From Candidatus Melainabacteria bacterium 17Bon1m (GTDB taxonomy: Bacteria; Cyanobacteriota; Vampirovibrionia; Obscuribacterales; Obscuribacteraceae): 64,000 bases of DNA. The stretch's first letter is position 1; each line of letters starts with the position of its first letter. Below, one piece after another: positions 17,690-28,325 of this stretch. The notes under the pieces were generated by a model. The model was not told where the DNA came from and searched no databases. It saw only the letters and a program-made list of their open reading frames with translations. Where the stretch lies: assembly GCA_032128875.1 (NCBI GenBank), contig JAVLKG010000012.1, forward strand, positions 128,001 through 192,000, in the 5' to 3' direction. The position numbers and the translations under genes are program-made.

Positions 17690-18451
17690 CTAGTGATGAT
17701 CAGAAACAGTTTCAATGGAAGCAGCAGTTATTGCTGCTTTCTTTTTCTTGCGTGTGCTGGCGAGGTTTAAGGTCTCGACAAAAATCGAGAATGCCATCGC
17801 GGCGTAAATGTAGCCTTTTGAAATGTGGTGACCAAGCCCTTCTCCTGCCAGGGTGATGCCGATGAGAAGGAGGAAGCTCAGCGCCAGCATTTTTACGGTT
17901 GGATTGCGGTGAATAAAGTCACTCACTGCACCGGCGAAGATCATCATGATGACGACTGATATCATCACGGCAAGAACCATGACCCAGAGCTGATCAACCA
18001 TGCCGACTGCGGTTATAACGGAATCGAGAGAGAAGACAATGTCCAAAATGACGATCTGAACAAGGACGCCGGAGAAAGAGATGCTGCCCTTGGTTTGGAG
18101 TTCTTCCTCCTCAAGATTTTCAATCTTCTCGTGTATCTCTTTGGTCGCTTTGTAGACAAGAAAAGCACCACCACCAATGAGCACCAGATCGCGACCTGAA
18201 AAACCGTGATTCATCAATTCGAACATGGGTTCTTTTAGCGACATCACCCAAGATAAAGAAAACAGCAATCCGATCCGCGTGACCATCGCCAAAGCCAGAC
18301 CGACAAGCCTTGCTTTCTTTCTTTGCGACTCAGGCAAGCGTGATGAAAGGATCGAGATGAAAATGATGTTGTCGATACCCAGAACGATTTCCATCAGCGT
18401 GAGCGAAAGCAGCGCTGCGGCTATCTCTGTGTCGATCAGCAAATTTTCCAA
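17690..18451 (-). CDS. TerC family membrane protein
   Basis: MEIVLGIDNIIFISIL, DIVFSLDSVITAVGM, KGYIYAAMAFS. Confidence 0.93.
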   Translation of the reverse strand: MENLLIDTEIAAALLSLTLMEIVLGIDNIIFISILSSRLPESQRKKARLVGLALAMVTRIGLLFSLSWVMSLKEPMFELMNHGFSGRDLVLIGGGAFLVYKATKEIHEKIENLEEEELQTKGSISFSGVLVQIVILDIVFSLDSVITAVGMVDQLWVMVLAVMISVVIMMIFAGAVSDFIHRNPTVKMLALSFLLLIGITLAGEGLGHHISKGYIYAAMAFSIFVETLNLASTRKKKKAAITAASIETVSDHH

Positions 18452-18594
18452 ACTGATAACTCCCCTTCTTCATTGTGCTCAAAAAAGTGCTTTAGTTTAG
18501 ACGAAGCTCGATTTTCTTGCCATCCTTATGCAAGCAAGCTTAATAACTGATTGCCGAAGCTCAGCTATAAGAGTCGAAATTGAAGTTGTATCTA

Positions 18595-19836
18595 TTAGAC
18601 GTTCAATTGTGGGAAAGTGCCCGTCCAGGGACCAGGATTTACTTCCTCTTCTTGCATGCGATGGTATTGAATGAGCGCTTGCTCGATGGTCAAACGGTCA
18701 TCGCGGAAGAATTTGTACGCCATTGCGGCGCGTTGGACGGAAGTCATTTGCTTGTCCGTGAGAAAACCAGAGCGTTGCAAAATCTCTTTCACGTCCGGGT
18801 GAATGCGTTCTGCAGATGGAACTGCGAAATGAAAGTTGGTGCGCAGCTCTTGCCAGGTTTCGTCTAACTGTTTGTCAATTTCTGGCTGTTCGACCTGTTT
18901 GGCATTACGCTCCGCCGATTTTGGCACACAATTAGTCAATTTCAAGAATGAAGAAAACGACACTGTAGACTTTTCCATCGCAGGCATTTGAGTCAAAGTA
19001 CCCGTACGATCATCATCATCTTTTTTGGACAAAAGTTTTTTCAGTTGATTCAGACCCTGATTGAAACTGATTTTGTTGTTGCGGATCATGTGTTGGACTT
19101 CAAGTGCCGCATGCACTTCATAGGGCTTGATCAGATTTAGTGAAGTGAGAGCTTCGCCTAAAAACTTACCTTCGGCGCTCGACATGATCAGTGCGTATTC
19201 GACGTCTTTCTCTGTGATGAGTCCAGCCATGCTCAGCAACTGACCGAGTTGGGTGCGCTGTTCCATTAATGATTGGCTTACATTCGAGATAACTGCATTG
19301 TTTCGTCGAGCTGAGTAGAGCTGATTGATTGCTTCTTCGCGCGACATAGTTCCAGCGCGAACGTGTGCCTGAAGTTTTAGCGCGACGTCGATGACGTCCA
19401 TTGGCACATCGGCGAGATTTGAAACAACCCTTCCCAGCGGCAGTCCCGTGGCTTTTGCACAGGCAAGACGCGATTTCAGGAGGTCTCGATTGAGTGTTTC
19501 GCTCTCAATGAGCAGTTCTCCAAGACGGCAGCGTTTTTTCGACCCCACCTCGATTCCCAAAAGATCAAGAGCCAGATTGAATTGAATGCGTTTTCTGATG
19601 ACGACGGACATAGCTTCGCGCGCGTGTTGCGGCAGTATGACTGAATCTCGAAGCAGCGCTTGCGCCGTGACTGCGTTGTGAAGCAGCTCCAAGTCTACGG
19701 CGTCGTGCATTCTCAGAGCCAAGCCTAAAGGCAAGGACAGCTTACGCGCGTCCGTTAGCGCTGCGTTTCTGTCATTTTCAGAAACGAGCTGCCACTGGAC
19801 CAACAGTTCTCCAATAGGAGGTGTTGATTTGTCCAT
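18595..19836 (-). CDS. Stand-alone tandem MshEN/GspE-N-like repeat protein (paralogue B)
   Basis: Collinear with 10048..11277 (IGELLVQWQL, RLGELLIESE, LGQLLSMAGLI; tail PGPWTGTFPQL). Start is 19836 or 19887. Confidence 0.7.
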   Translation of the reverse strand: MDKSTPPIGELLVQWQLVSENDRNAALTDARKLSLPLGLALRMHDAVDLELLHNAVTAQALLRDSVILPQHAREAMSVVIRKRIQFNLALDLLGIEVGSKKRCRLGELLIESETLNRDLLKSRLACAKATGLPLGRVVSNLADVPMDVIDVALKLQAHVRAGTMSREEAINQLYSARRNNAVISNVSQSLMEQRTQLGQLLSMAGLITEKDVEYALIMSSAEGKFLGEALTSLNLIKPYEVHAALEVQHMIRNNKISFNQGLNQLKKLLSKKDDDDRTGTLTQMPAMEKSTVSFSSFLKLTNCVPKSAERNAKQVEQPEIDKQLDETWQELRTNFHFAVPSAERIHPDVKEILQRSGFLTDKQMTSVQRAAMAYKFFRDDRLTIEQALIQYHRMQEEEVNPGPWTGTFPQLNV

Positions 19837-20033
19837 GAATTTAGGTCTGGGTTCTTGCTGCAAGGGATGGGACTTCCGGGACTCCAATATTTCTATTATG
19901 CCCGAATTGGACGCCCAAAAGACGCTCGGCGCTGCAAATTGCAGTGTGGCACGGCTTTGCAGGCGCGCGACCGAAGTAAAACCACGCCAAGCGGCGGATT
20001 ATCCTGTTTTTTACCGATTCTTATGGACCGGAG

Positions 20034-21869
20034 CTACTTGATACTGTCCTTAAGAGCCTTTTGCTGCGTGAGGAATTCCTCTGGCAGGCTGTCTTTCAGC
20101 GTGTCGAACAACTCTTTATGGCTTTCTAGCTCTTGCTGCCAGAGATTGGCATCAACCTTGACCAGCTTGTTGAAGTCTTCATGGCTGACTGATTCCAAAC
20201 CGTTGAAGTCCAGATCTCCTTTCGTCGGGATCCAGCCGAGAGACTCCTTGCGCGCTCCGACCTTACCTTCGATGCGCTCGAACATCCACTTGATCACGCG
20301 CATATTTTCGCCAAAACCAGGCCAGAGGAATTCGCCTTTGGAGCCTTTGAGGAACCAATTGACGTTGAAGATCTTCGGTTGGGTTTTGACCTTTTCGCCC
20401 ATCTTGAGCCAGTGTCTGAAGTAATCACCCATGTTGTAACCGCAGAAAGGCAGCATCGCCATTGGGTCGCGGCGCACTGCGCCGATTTTTCCTTCGGCTG
20501 CTGCGGTCTGCTCAGAGCCCATGGTTGCTGCCATGTAGACACCATGCAACCAGGAGAATGCTTCGGTGACCAGAGGAATAGTGGTGCAGCGACGCCCGCC
20601 GAAAATGAATGCGGAGATTGGCACGCCTTGCGGGTTGTCCCAGTTCTCATCCAGTGATGGGCATTGGCTGGTGGGCACAGTGAAACGAGCATTCGGGTGA
20701 GCCGCTGGACGACCGCAGTCTTTAGTCCATGGCTTTCCTTGCCAATCAAGCAATTCTTCCGGTGTTTCGTCAGTCATGCCCTCCCACCATACATCGCCGT
20801 CTTTAGTGAGTGCGACGTTGGTGAAGACGCAGTTTTCCTTCATCGTGATCATGGCATTCGGATTTGTTTTGTCCGAGGTGCCTGGAGCGACGCCGAAATA
20901 TCCAGCTTCAGGGTTGATTGCGTAGAAGCGTCCATCTTTGCCGGGCTTGATCCAGGCGATATCGTCGCCGATGGTTGTGACCTTCCAACCCTTCACGCCT
21001 GCGGGAGGAATGAGCATTGCAAGATTGGTTTTGCCGCAAGCGCTGGGGAATGCTGCTGCGAAATACTTCTTCTGACCTTCTGGTGATTGAACGCCCATAA
21101 TGAGCATGTGCTCTGCCAGCCAGCCATCTTCTTTGCCCATGGTCGAAGCGATACGCAAAGCGAAGCACTTCTTGCCGAGCAGCGCATTGCCGCCGTATCC
21201 TGAGCCGTAAGACCAGATTTCGCGTGTCTCCGGAAAATGAACAATGTATTTGGTGTCGCGGTTGCAAGGCCAGCTCACGTCTGGTTGACCAGCTGCCAGC
21301 GGCATGCCGACGGAGTGCAAGCACTGAACGAAATTGCCGTTGGCACCGAGCATGTCGATTGCAGCCTTGCCCATGCGCGTCATTGTGCGCATGCTCACAA
21401 CTACATAGGGCGAGTCTGTGATTTCAACACCGATTTGCGAAAGAGGCGAACCGATTGGTCCCATAGAAAACGGCACTACATACATTGTGCGCCCGCGCAT
21501 GCAACCGGTGAAGAGTGGGGTGAGCTTTGCTTTTGCGTCAGCCGGCGCCATCCAGTTATTGTTGGGTCCGGCGTTTTCTTGAGAATCGCTGCATACAAAA
21601 GTCCGATCCTCGACTCTTGCGACATCTGACGGATCGGACCATGCGAGATAGCTGTTAGGACGTTTGTCCGGATTGAGGCGAAGCAATTTGCCTTCGGCGA
21701 CCATCTGGGTGCACAGGCGGTCTGTTTCTTCTTTCGAACCGTCGCACCAAACAATGCGCTCCGGTTGGCACATAGCGGCCATCTTTTCTACCCAGGCGAG
21801 CAGGGCTCGGTTCTCAACCTTGTAGCCACTGACTATCGATATTTTTGACAGGTTTGCGGTTGTGGGCAT
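20034..21869 (-). CDS. pckG: Phosphoenolpyruvate carboxykinase (GTP)
   Basis: [56 protein letters not shown] at 21869 follows GAGG. Confidence 0.97.
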   Translation of the reverse strand: MPTTANLSKISIVSGYKVENRALLAWVEKMAAMCQPERIVWCDGSKEETDRLCTQMVAEGKLLRLNPDKRPNSYLAWSDPSDVARVEDRTFVCSDSQENAGPNNNWMAPADAKAKLTPLFTGCMRGRTMYVVPFSMGPIGSPLSQIGVEITDSPYVVVSMRTMTRMGKAAIDMLGANGNFVQCLHSVGMPLAAGQPDVSWPCNRDTKYIVHFPETREIWSYGSGYGGNALLGKKCFALRIASTMGKEDGWLAEHMLIMGVQSPEGQKKYFAAAFPSACGKTNLAMLIPPAGVKGWKVTTIGDDIAWIKPGKDGRFYAINPEAGYFGVAPGTSDKTNPNAMITMKENCVFTNVALTKDGDVWWEGMTDETPEELLDWQGKPWTKDCGRPAAHPNARFTVPTSQCPSLDENWDNPQGVPISAFIFGGRRCTTIPLVTEAFSWLHGVYMAATMGSEQTAAAEGKIGAVRRDPMAMLPFCGYNMGDYFRHWLKMGEKVKTQPKIFNVNWFLKGSKGEFLWPGFGENMRVIKWMFERIEGKVGARKESLGWIPTKGDLDFNGLESVSHEDFNKLVKVDANLWQQELESHKELFDTLKDSLPEEFLTQQKALKDSIK

Positions 21870-22341
21870 CTGAACCTCGAAGCTCCTTTTGATGTCTTTT
21901 TCAAGCACTGGTGTATCTCCCTGGTCGCTAATGCGCTTTCAAATGGCAAGAAACCCGCCGGCTAGATTCCCGTTGAATCCACCCAGGCGTAAATAGTTTT
22001 TTGTAAAACTGAACTGTCTGAAAAGTCCGACAGCGGTCTTGAAAGCACCGAGTCAATTATCTCATTGAAACCGTAATAAGAACTGTAACTAAGGTACTCT
22101 TAGCCTTTGCTCTTGCTAATTGCGTTTCTCTAGCAAGGGTAAGTCCGTCGGGCGTTTTGCGTGCGCAATTTTGGGTGGGGTGGAAAGGCGATTGCAATGC
22201 TCTTCCTTTTGACTGCTGCCCTGTATTAAGGGGGCTCAGGAAGGACTGTTGAATTGAACAGTTACTCGCTCGCCGATTTTTCCTATTGTGAGTGCATCGA
22301 CCAGCGAGTCGGTTCTCTCTTCCCCCACGAGGAACGCTTCT

Positions 22342-22683
22342 ATGTCTAACCCATTCGAATTCAACCGCGGTGACAACAAGAAGTTCGATGCAAAACATGC
22401 AATCGATGATGCAGCGCATCTCGGCGGTCAAATCTGGCATGACATGAAGAGTGAAGGACCGAAAATCGTTGACTATGTGACTAAGACACCGGCTGTCGCC
22501 GACACTGCAGGTGCGCTCTGTTCGCTGGCTATTGTTCTTGCACCAGAGGCTCCGCCTGCCGCAATCGCCCTTGGGACATTGGGTGTGACAATGTTTGGCG
22601 CAAAAGCTGTCTACGATATCGCCGAACCGGCGATTAAGAAAGCCGGTGAAGCTTACTTGAAATTCCCAACCCTGGGTCAGTAA
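22342..22683 (+). CDS. Small hydrophobic-hairpin protein of unknown function
   Basis: GAGGA RBS before ATG 22342; AGALCSLAIVLAPEAPPAAIALGTLGVTMFG; has its own terminator. Confidence 0.6.
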   Translation: MSNPFEFNRGDNKKFDAKHAIDDAAHLGGQIWHDMKSEGPKIVDYVTKTPAVADTAGALCSLAIVLAPEAPPAAIALGTLGVTMFGAKAVYDIAEPAIKKAGEAYLKFPTLGQ

Positions 22684-22723
22684 CACAAAGTTTTAGGGGA
22701 GCTAGAAAGCCCAAAGCCGCAAC

Positions 22724-22762
22724 CGAAGCCGCCATGAAAATGGTGGCTTCGTTGTTTTTTTT
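22724..22762 (+). terminator. Intrinsic terminator
   Basis: CGAAGCCGCCAT-GAAA-ATGGTGGCTTCG followed by a T8 tract. Confidence 0.85.
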
Positions 22763-22896
22763 GCAGAGTTTGCGCACCGTCCATGACACCATTGTGCCTG
22801 GCGTAAAATAAATGCTGGAAGCAGCTAAAATAGCGGAATCAGCTTTTCATCAGGAGCAATGGGGGTTTTATTCAAAAACTGGTTGCAATTGGCGCG

Positions 22897-23739
22897 TTGA
22901 GCGCTCTTATATTTTTCTCTTTGCCTGCTCGTGCAACGGAAGCAGCGAAGCCCAGGACATTTTTGCAGGGACGGATAGAACAAGTTGCAGCCAGCAATGA
23001 GTTGTCCAAGATCGTGCTGTATAAACAGAGTCCCAAGCTAGATAAGCGTTCGACTTTCAACGCCGGCACTCAAGTTTCGAGCTACCCTTCTTATCTTGTC
23101 GGTCGTTGGGCTGGGGATCTCAAAAATGTCTGGACGGTTAATGCTCCGAATATCACAAATCAGTTGCCGCAGTATAGGGTTGGCAATGTCGGCACGGTTG
23201 TGATGCACTTCGACAAAGTCGGCAGCCAGGTAAAACTCTTACCGACGGTCATTTTTTTTCCGGTTGAAGAAGTTCCAGTATCCCAATCGGCAATCAACAC
23301 AACCGAAATACAAGCTGATTCGATCGAAGCCTTCAAAAAACGAACACTCGCAAGTGGCATATTGCGCGGGGTTCCCACACTGCCGTTAGCGAAATTCAGC
23401 GGCGAAGGTCTAACCGGTCGCAAATTCGAATCTCGCATACTGCATAATTCAATCCAAGTGCTAAAGCCAGGTGTTGTAGAGCAAGACGTTGTGATTGGTG
23501 AGTGGAAGGACGGATCTTTCTTTAACTACCGTGAATTCGTCTCGCGTTTTACCTGGTACGGTCCCGACAAAATTTATGCTCAGGTGCTAATCGCCAACTT
23601 CGGAGACACCCGTCAGGCCATTTCCAAGACGCTTCTCGAGGGATGGATGAGTAGTAATTGGAGACCTGTAGCAGACAAGATTGCCAGTCGTCTGCAGACG
23701 ACCTGGGATGAGGTCGTCAGACGTGATGGCATTGAATAA
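22897..23739 (+). CDS. Hypothetical secreted protein (start uncertain)
   Basis: 280-aa ORF; a hydrophobic stretch ending A-R-A continues in frame upstream of the TTG. Confidence 0.6.
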   Translation: MSALIFFSLPARATEAAKPRTFLQGRIEQVAASNELSKIVLYKQSPKLDKRSTFNAGTQVSSYPSYLVGRWAGDLKNVWTVNAPNITNQLPQYRVGNVGTVVMHFDKVGSQVKLLPTVIFFPVEEVPVSQSAINTTEIQADSIEAFKKRTLASGILRGVPTLPLAKFSGEGLTGRKFESRILHNSIQVLKPGVVEQDVVIGEWKDGSFFNYREFVSRFTWYGPDKIYAQVLIANFGDTRQAISKTLLEGWMSSNWRPVADKIASRLQTTWDEVVRRDGIE

Positions 23740-23945
23740 TTTACATCTGTGCCGCGGGAACTTTTGAAAGTCACGAGGGTCGTGCAAATTCGATCAGAAA
23801 CGCTTTACCGCGGTATGGTTAGGCGAAATAGATTTCTTGTATGTCAAAGGTCTGGTTTTGGCCTAGTATTTGAACCTAGAACAATTGCAAAGTAAGATCC
23901 TTTCAGTAGTCGGTAGAATAAGTAAGTAATGGAAACCCTTAGTGC

Positions 23946-26900
23946 ATGAAGCTCACAACTCGAATCACCCTTGTTTTTCTCTTGGCGGTGCTGGCGATTG
24001 TTGTCAGTGCGTGGGTTTCGCACGGAAATACCGAGAAGGTTAATGAAACACGGTATTGGGTTGAGCATACGCAAATTGTAATTGGTCGTCTTGACCGCCT
24101 TTACATGTTGATTAAGGAGGCGGAAACCGCAGTGCGCGGTGTCCTCGTCACTCGCAAAGAGAGAATGTCGACCTTTTACGACAAGGCGAAATCGGAAATT
24201 CAAGCGACATATGAAGAACTGAAGATTCTTACCTCTGACAACCCGAAGCAAGTCGAACGCTTGGGTCGTTTCAAGTCTTTGCTTGATTCCCGCACGGCTG
24301 AATGGAGTGATTTCATTCGCCATTCTGGCACCGTAGGAAGTCCTTCGTGGCAGTCGACGCTGGAAAAGTCTTTTGAGAGCCAATATGCCGGCAAGATAAA
24401 AGATGTGATTGGCGAAATGAAGGACGACGAGCAGGCTCTTCTCAAAGTGCGTACTCAAGATGCGCTGCGCAGTGTTGAGTCGAGCCAACAAATCACTTTC
24501 CTTCTGACAGCAATTTTGGTTGGCGTATTGGGCGGGATATCCGCGATGGTAGTCATGTCAATGAACAAGGCTATTAGCGCTCTTCTCGAAGGCACGAAGC
24601 GGATTGGTGATGGGTATTACGACCATCGTATCGACCTTAAAAGCAATGATGAATTCGGTACTCTGGCGGCGTCTTTCGATGCGATGGCTGCTCGAGTCGA
24701 GCAGTTCAATTTGGAGCAATCAGACAAGAATTGGATCAAGAAAAACATCAATAATCTGGGCTTGATTCTGCAAGGACAGCGCGATTTCGAAAAAGCTGGA
24801 ACACTCATTCTTAACAACCTGGCACCAGTGGTGGAGGCAAAGCAAGCTGCGCTTTATTGCGTAGACACTGAGAGAAAAGACGATACGCTCTTCCTTATTG
24901 CCAGTTTTGCATGCGGCAAGGACAGTGGCATTCCGCTCACCATACAGTTTGGAGATGGCTCGATTGGTCAGGCCGCCGTGGCCAAACAACCGGTTCATTT
25001 GGATGGAATCGGGACTGACTCTTTTAGAATTAAGTCCGCGCTACTTAACACTACAGCCGCCGATGTCTACATTCTTCCATTGCTTTTCGAAGGGGTCGTA
25101 CACGGCGTTATAGAACTTGCGTCGGAGAAGAAATTCCCAGAGCGGGCCGTTCTCTTGATGGACGAGTTGAGCGGTTTGCTTGGCGTGGTTTTCAATTCGA
25201 TTTCAGCGAATCTTGTCACCGAGCGCCTGCTCGATGAATCTCGCCAGCTTAATGAAGAACTCCGTTTGCAACAGGAAGAGTTAGAAGCGCAAGCTGAAGA
25301 ACTAGAGACACAACAGGAAGAATTGCGTCATGTAAATGAAGAGATGCAGCAAAAGCAAGACGCGCTGGAAGAGCAAAATGCACTCGTCTTCGAGAAAAAT
25401 ATCGAACTTGAAGGCATGCGCCAGAGCCTTGAAGACAAGGCACAGCAATTGGCGGTATCTTCTAAATACAAGTCGGAATTCTTGGCTAACATGTCACACG
25501 ACTTGCGCACGCCCCTCAATTCACTGCTGATATTTTCCGAACTGCTTTCCGACAATGAAGAAGGCAATTTGAATGAATCGCAGGTCGATTTTGCCAAGAA
25601 CATCAACATGGCTGGGAAAACTCTTCTCACCTTGATTGACGACATTCTAGACCTCTCCAAGATTGAGGCGGGGCGTGTTAATCCCGATATCAAAAACGTC
25701 GAGCTTGCAGATGTTTTATTGGATGTCGAAAGAAGCTTCCGAAAAGTTGCTGAAGGCAAGAAGATACATTTTGATTTGAAACTCGCTCCTGATACGCCGA
25801 AGCTCATGCGTACCGATGAGCGCCGGTTGCTGCAATTGTTGAACAATCTGCTCAGTAATGCGTTTAAGTTCACCGAAAGAGGCAGTGTTTCGCTCGCAAT
25901 TGATAGAAGTAAGTCAACTGAAGGCAATGGTCACGAAGGCGATTTTGTCACCTTCTCTGTCACGGACACCGGCATCGGCATTGCCCCCGAGCAGCAAGCC
26001 CTCGTGTTTGAAGCCTTTCACCAGGCCGACTCATCATCAACCAGAAAGTTTGGTGGAACCGGGCTTGGGCTGTCGATTTGTCGTGAATTGTCGGCGCTTT
26101 TGGGTGGCTGGGTCGAGGTGAAGAGCGAGCTAAATAAAGGCAGTACATTCACGTTGCATTTGCCTGTCGCCTATAAAGGAAAAATCGAGCCGCGTCGCCG
26201 AAGTTTGACTGCCCCTGTCGTGCCAGAGCGAACTGAATCCGCTGTCGAAGACAGAGAGAATGAAGCCTTTCTCTATGCAGATGTTCCTGATGATCGAATG
26301 AATATCAATGAAGGCGATAGAGTCATGCTTATCATTGAAGATGATAAGCCATTTGCTACGATGCTCCTGGATTTGGCACGGAAAAACAAATTCAAAGGCG
26401 TTGTTTCAATGCGCGGTAAAGACGGATTGATTCTTGCACGTCGATTGCTGCCTGACGCCATTACTCTCGATTTGAAACTGCCGGATATGGAAGGCTGGGT
26501 AGTGCTAGACCAGCTGAAAAACAACAGCGAGACTCGTCATATTCCGGTCCATATTATTTCGGCATCCAATGAGCAGCATCGCGGGCTGAGCCTCGGCGCC
26601 ATCGGTTATTTGGAAAAGCCGGTGACACTGTCGACGTTAAACGATGCGATTGAAAAGATTCGGCATTATTTTGATAAGCAGACTGGTGCCGTCTTGATTG
26701 CGGAATCTGATCATGCTTTGCGCAAGAGTCTGGTTGAGCTTTTAGAAAACGGCGATTTCAATATTGAGTCTGTGGAACATGGTGAGGCTGCGATTAAATC
26801 GTGGGGTACTAAACCTTACGATTGTTCGATTATCAACATGAATTTGAGTGATATGGACGGTTTGACACTGGCCAAAAAATTCCTGGCCAGCAATTACACC

Positions 26901-27485
26901 CATCCTTTGCTAGTTTTCAGCAATCATGGATTGTCTGAAGGGGAGAAAGCCGAGTTAGAGGCGCTTGGGCGCATCAACATTGTAAAAGACATTGATTCAC
27001 CCGAACGATTGCTTAGCGAAGTCGGGCTATTTTTGCATCGTGTCGAAACAAAATTGCCTATGGTCAAGCAGCAATTGGTTACGAAGGTGCGTCAGGATGA
27101 CAATGCTCTGGTCGGTCGAAAGCTGCTTATCGTCGACGATGATCCAAGAAATGTCGACGCTCTAAGTTCGCTATTGAAGAAGTATCAGATGAATCTGGTT
27201 ACTGCAGAAAATGGCAGAGACGCGCTTGAAAAACTCGATAAGCATAAGGACGTTGACGTCGTTCTGATGGACATTATGATGCCGGAAATGGACGGCTATG
27301 AAGCGATGCGTGCAATTAGGGCGCAGCGAGAATTCTCGTCGCTTCCGATCATTGCAGTTACCGCAAAAGCAATGCAAGGAGACCGTGTAAAGTGTCTCGA
27401 GAGCGGTGCTTCTGATTACATAACAAAGCCGGTAGACCGCTCCCAACTTCTGTCACTCCTGAGAGTCTGGCTCTACAAAGCCTGA
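23946..27485 (+). CDS. Hybrid sensor kinase CHASE3-HAMP-GAF-coiled coil-HisKA-HATPase-3xREC
   Basis: WVEHT..AETAVRG (CHASE3); DEFGTLA (HAMP); FLANMSHDLRTPLN; NLLSNAFKFT; GGTGLGL; RECs TLDLKLP, IINMNLS (Asp to Asn) and LMDIMMP. Confidence 0.93.
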   Translation: MKLTTRITLVFLLAVLAIVVSAWVSHGNTEKVNETRYWVEHTQIVIGRLDRLYMLIKEAETAVRGVLVTRKERMSTFYDKAKSEIQATYEELKILTSDNPKQVERLGRFKSLLDSRTAEWSDFIRHSGTVGSPSWQSTLEKSFESQYAGKIKDVIGEMKDDEQALLKVRTQDALRSVESSQQITFLLTAILVGVLGGISAMVVMSMNKAISALLEGTKRIGDGYYDHRIDLKSNDEFGTLAASFDAMAARVEQFNLEQSDKNWIKKNINNLGLILQGQRDFEKAGTLILNNLAPVVEAKQAALYCVDTERKDDTLFLIASFACGKDSGIPLTIQFGDGSIGQAAVAKQPVHLDGIGTDSFRIKSALLNTTAADVYILPLLFEGVVHGVIELASEKKFPERAVLLMDELSGLLGVVFNSISANLVTERLLDESRQLNEELRLQQEELEAQAEELETQQEELRHVNEEMQQKQDALEEQNALVFEKNIELEGMRQSLEDKAQQLAVSSKYKSEFLANMSHDLRTPLNSLLIFSELLSDNEEGNLNESQVDFAKNINMAGKTLLTLIDDILDLSKIEAGRVNPDIKNVELADVLLDVERSFRKVAEGKKIHFDLKLAPDTPKLMRTDERRLLQLLNNLLSNAFKFTERGSVSLAIDRSKSTEGNGHEGDFVTFSVTDTGIGIAPEQQALVFEAFHQADSSSTRKFGGTGLGLSICRELSALLGGWVEVKSELNKGSTFTLHLPVAYKGKIEPRRRSLTAPVVPERTESAVEDRENEAFLYADVPDDRMNINEGDRVMLIIEDDKPFATMLLDLARKNKFKGVVSMRGKDGLILARRLLPDAITLDLKLPDMEGWVVLDQLKNNSETRHIPVHIISASNEQHRGLSLGAIGYLEKPVTLSTLNDAIEKIRHYFDKQTGAVLIAESDHALRKSLVELLENGDFNIESVEHGEAAIKSWGTKPYDCSIINMNLSDMDGLTLAKKFLASNYTHPLLVFSNHGLSEGEKAELEALGRINIVKDIDSPERLLSEVGLFLHRVETKLPMVKQQLVTKVRQDDNALVGRKLLIVDDDPRNVDALSSLLKKYQMNLVTAENGRDALEKLDKHKDVDVVLMDIMMPEMDGYEAMRAIRAQREFSSLPIIAVTAKAMQGDRVKCLESGASDYITKPVDRSQLLSLLRVWLYKA

Positions 27486-27487
27486 TT

Positions 27488-28324
27488 ATGGATGACACAT
27501 TAGAGCTTACTCCAGTCGACCAAAGGCTAGTTGATGATTTACTGCAAGAGCTGTACCGGCAGTGCGGTGTGGATTATCGCAATTACAGCCGGACATTTTT
27601 GTCGCGCCGCATTTCCGCCTTTGTCAAAAAACAGAATTTCAATTCTGTAGAAGAAATGGTTGAACGCGTCTTGGAGCATGACGAAGATTTGGAGCAATTC
27701 ATCGGCTCGCTCTCTTTGCCTACCACGCGCATGTTTCGTGATCCTCAGGTGTTTCGTTATTTGCGAGAATCTGTAATTCCGATGCTATCTGGCACGCATT
27801 TGACAAAGATTTGGAGTGCGGGTTGCTCGACAGGAGAGGAAGCGTATTCACTTGCAATTATTTTGCATGAGGAATTGCTGGGGCGAAAGATTCTAACGTT
27901 TGCTACTGATCTCAATGAGAAATCACTCTACAAAGCGAAGAAAGGGATTTATCAGGTACGCCGAATGCGTACGTACACATTGGGTTATATGGCATCTGGC
28001 GGCACGCGTGATTTTTCCAATTACTACACGGCAGACGATGAAAACGCCATTTTCAATGAAGACATAAGGAAGAACATCGTATTTGCTCAACATAATCTTG
28101 TCACCGACTCGACTTTCAATGAATTCGATTTGATACTCTGCCGTAATGTTCTGATTTACTTCAATCGAGAGTTGCAGGAGCGCGTCGTAGAGCTCTTGTC
28201 GAAAAGCTTACGCCCCGGGGGAGTTTTGATACTGGGAGACAAGGAGTCTCTTAGATCTATGTCGTCACAAAATGATTTTGTCGAATTAGATCGTATGTTT
28301 CGCGTCTTCAAAAAACGTGAGTAA
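27488..28324 (+). CDS. cheR: CheR-type protein-glutamate methyltransferase
   Basis: MFRDP, IWSAGCSTGEEAYSLAI, FDLILCRNVLIYF. Confidence 0.93.
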   Translation: MDDTLELTPVDQRLVDDLLQELYRQCGVDYRNYSRTFLSRRISAFVKKQNFNSVEEMVERVLEHDEDLEQFIGSLSLPTTRMFRDPQVFRYLRESVIPMLSGTHLTKIWSAGCSTGEEAYSLAIILHEELLGRKILTFATDLNEKSLYKAKKGIYQVRRMRTYTLGYMASGGTRDFSNYYTADDENAIFNEDIRKNIVFAQHNLVTDSTFNEFDLILCRNVLIYFNRELQERVVELLSKSLRPGGVLILGDKESLRSMSSQNDFVELDRMFRVFKKRE

Positions 28325-28325
28325 C

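Noticed and set aside
22057-22686. 209-aa minus-strand ORF
   Set aside because: It overlaps the plus-strand ORF that has an RBS and a terminator; no recognisable motifs.
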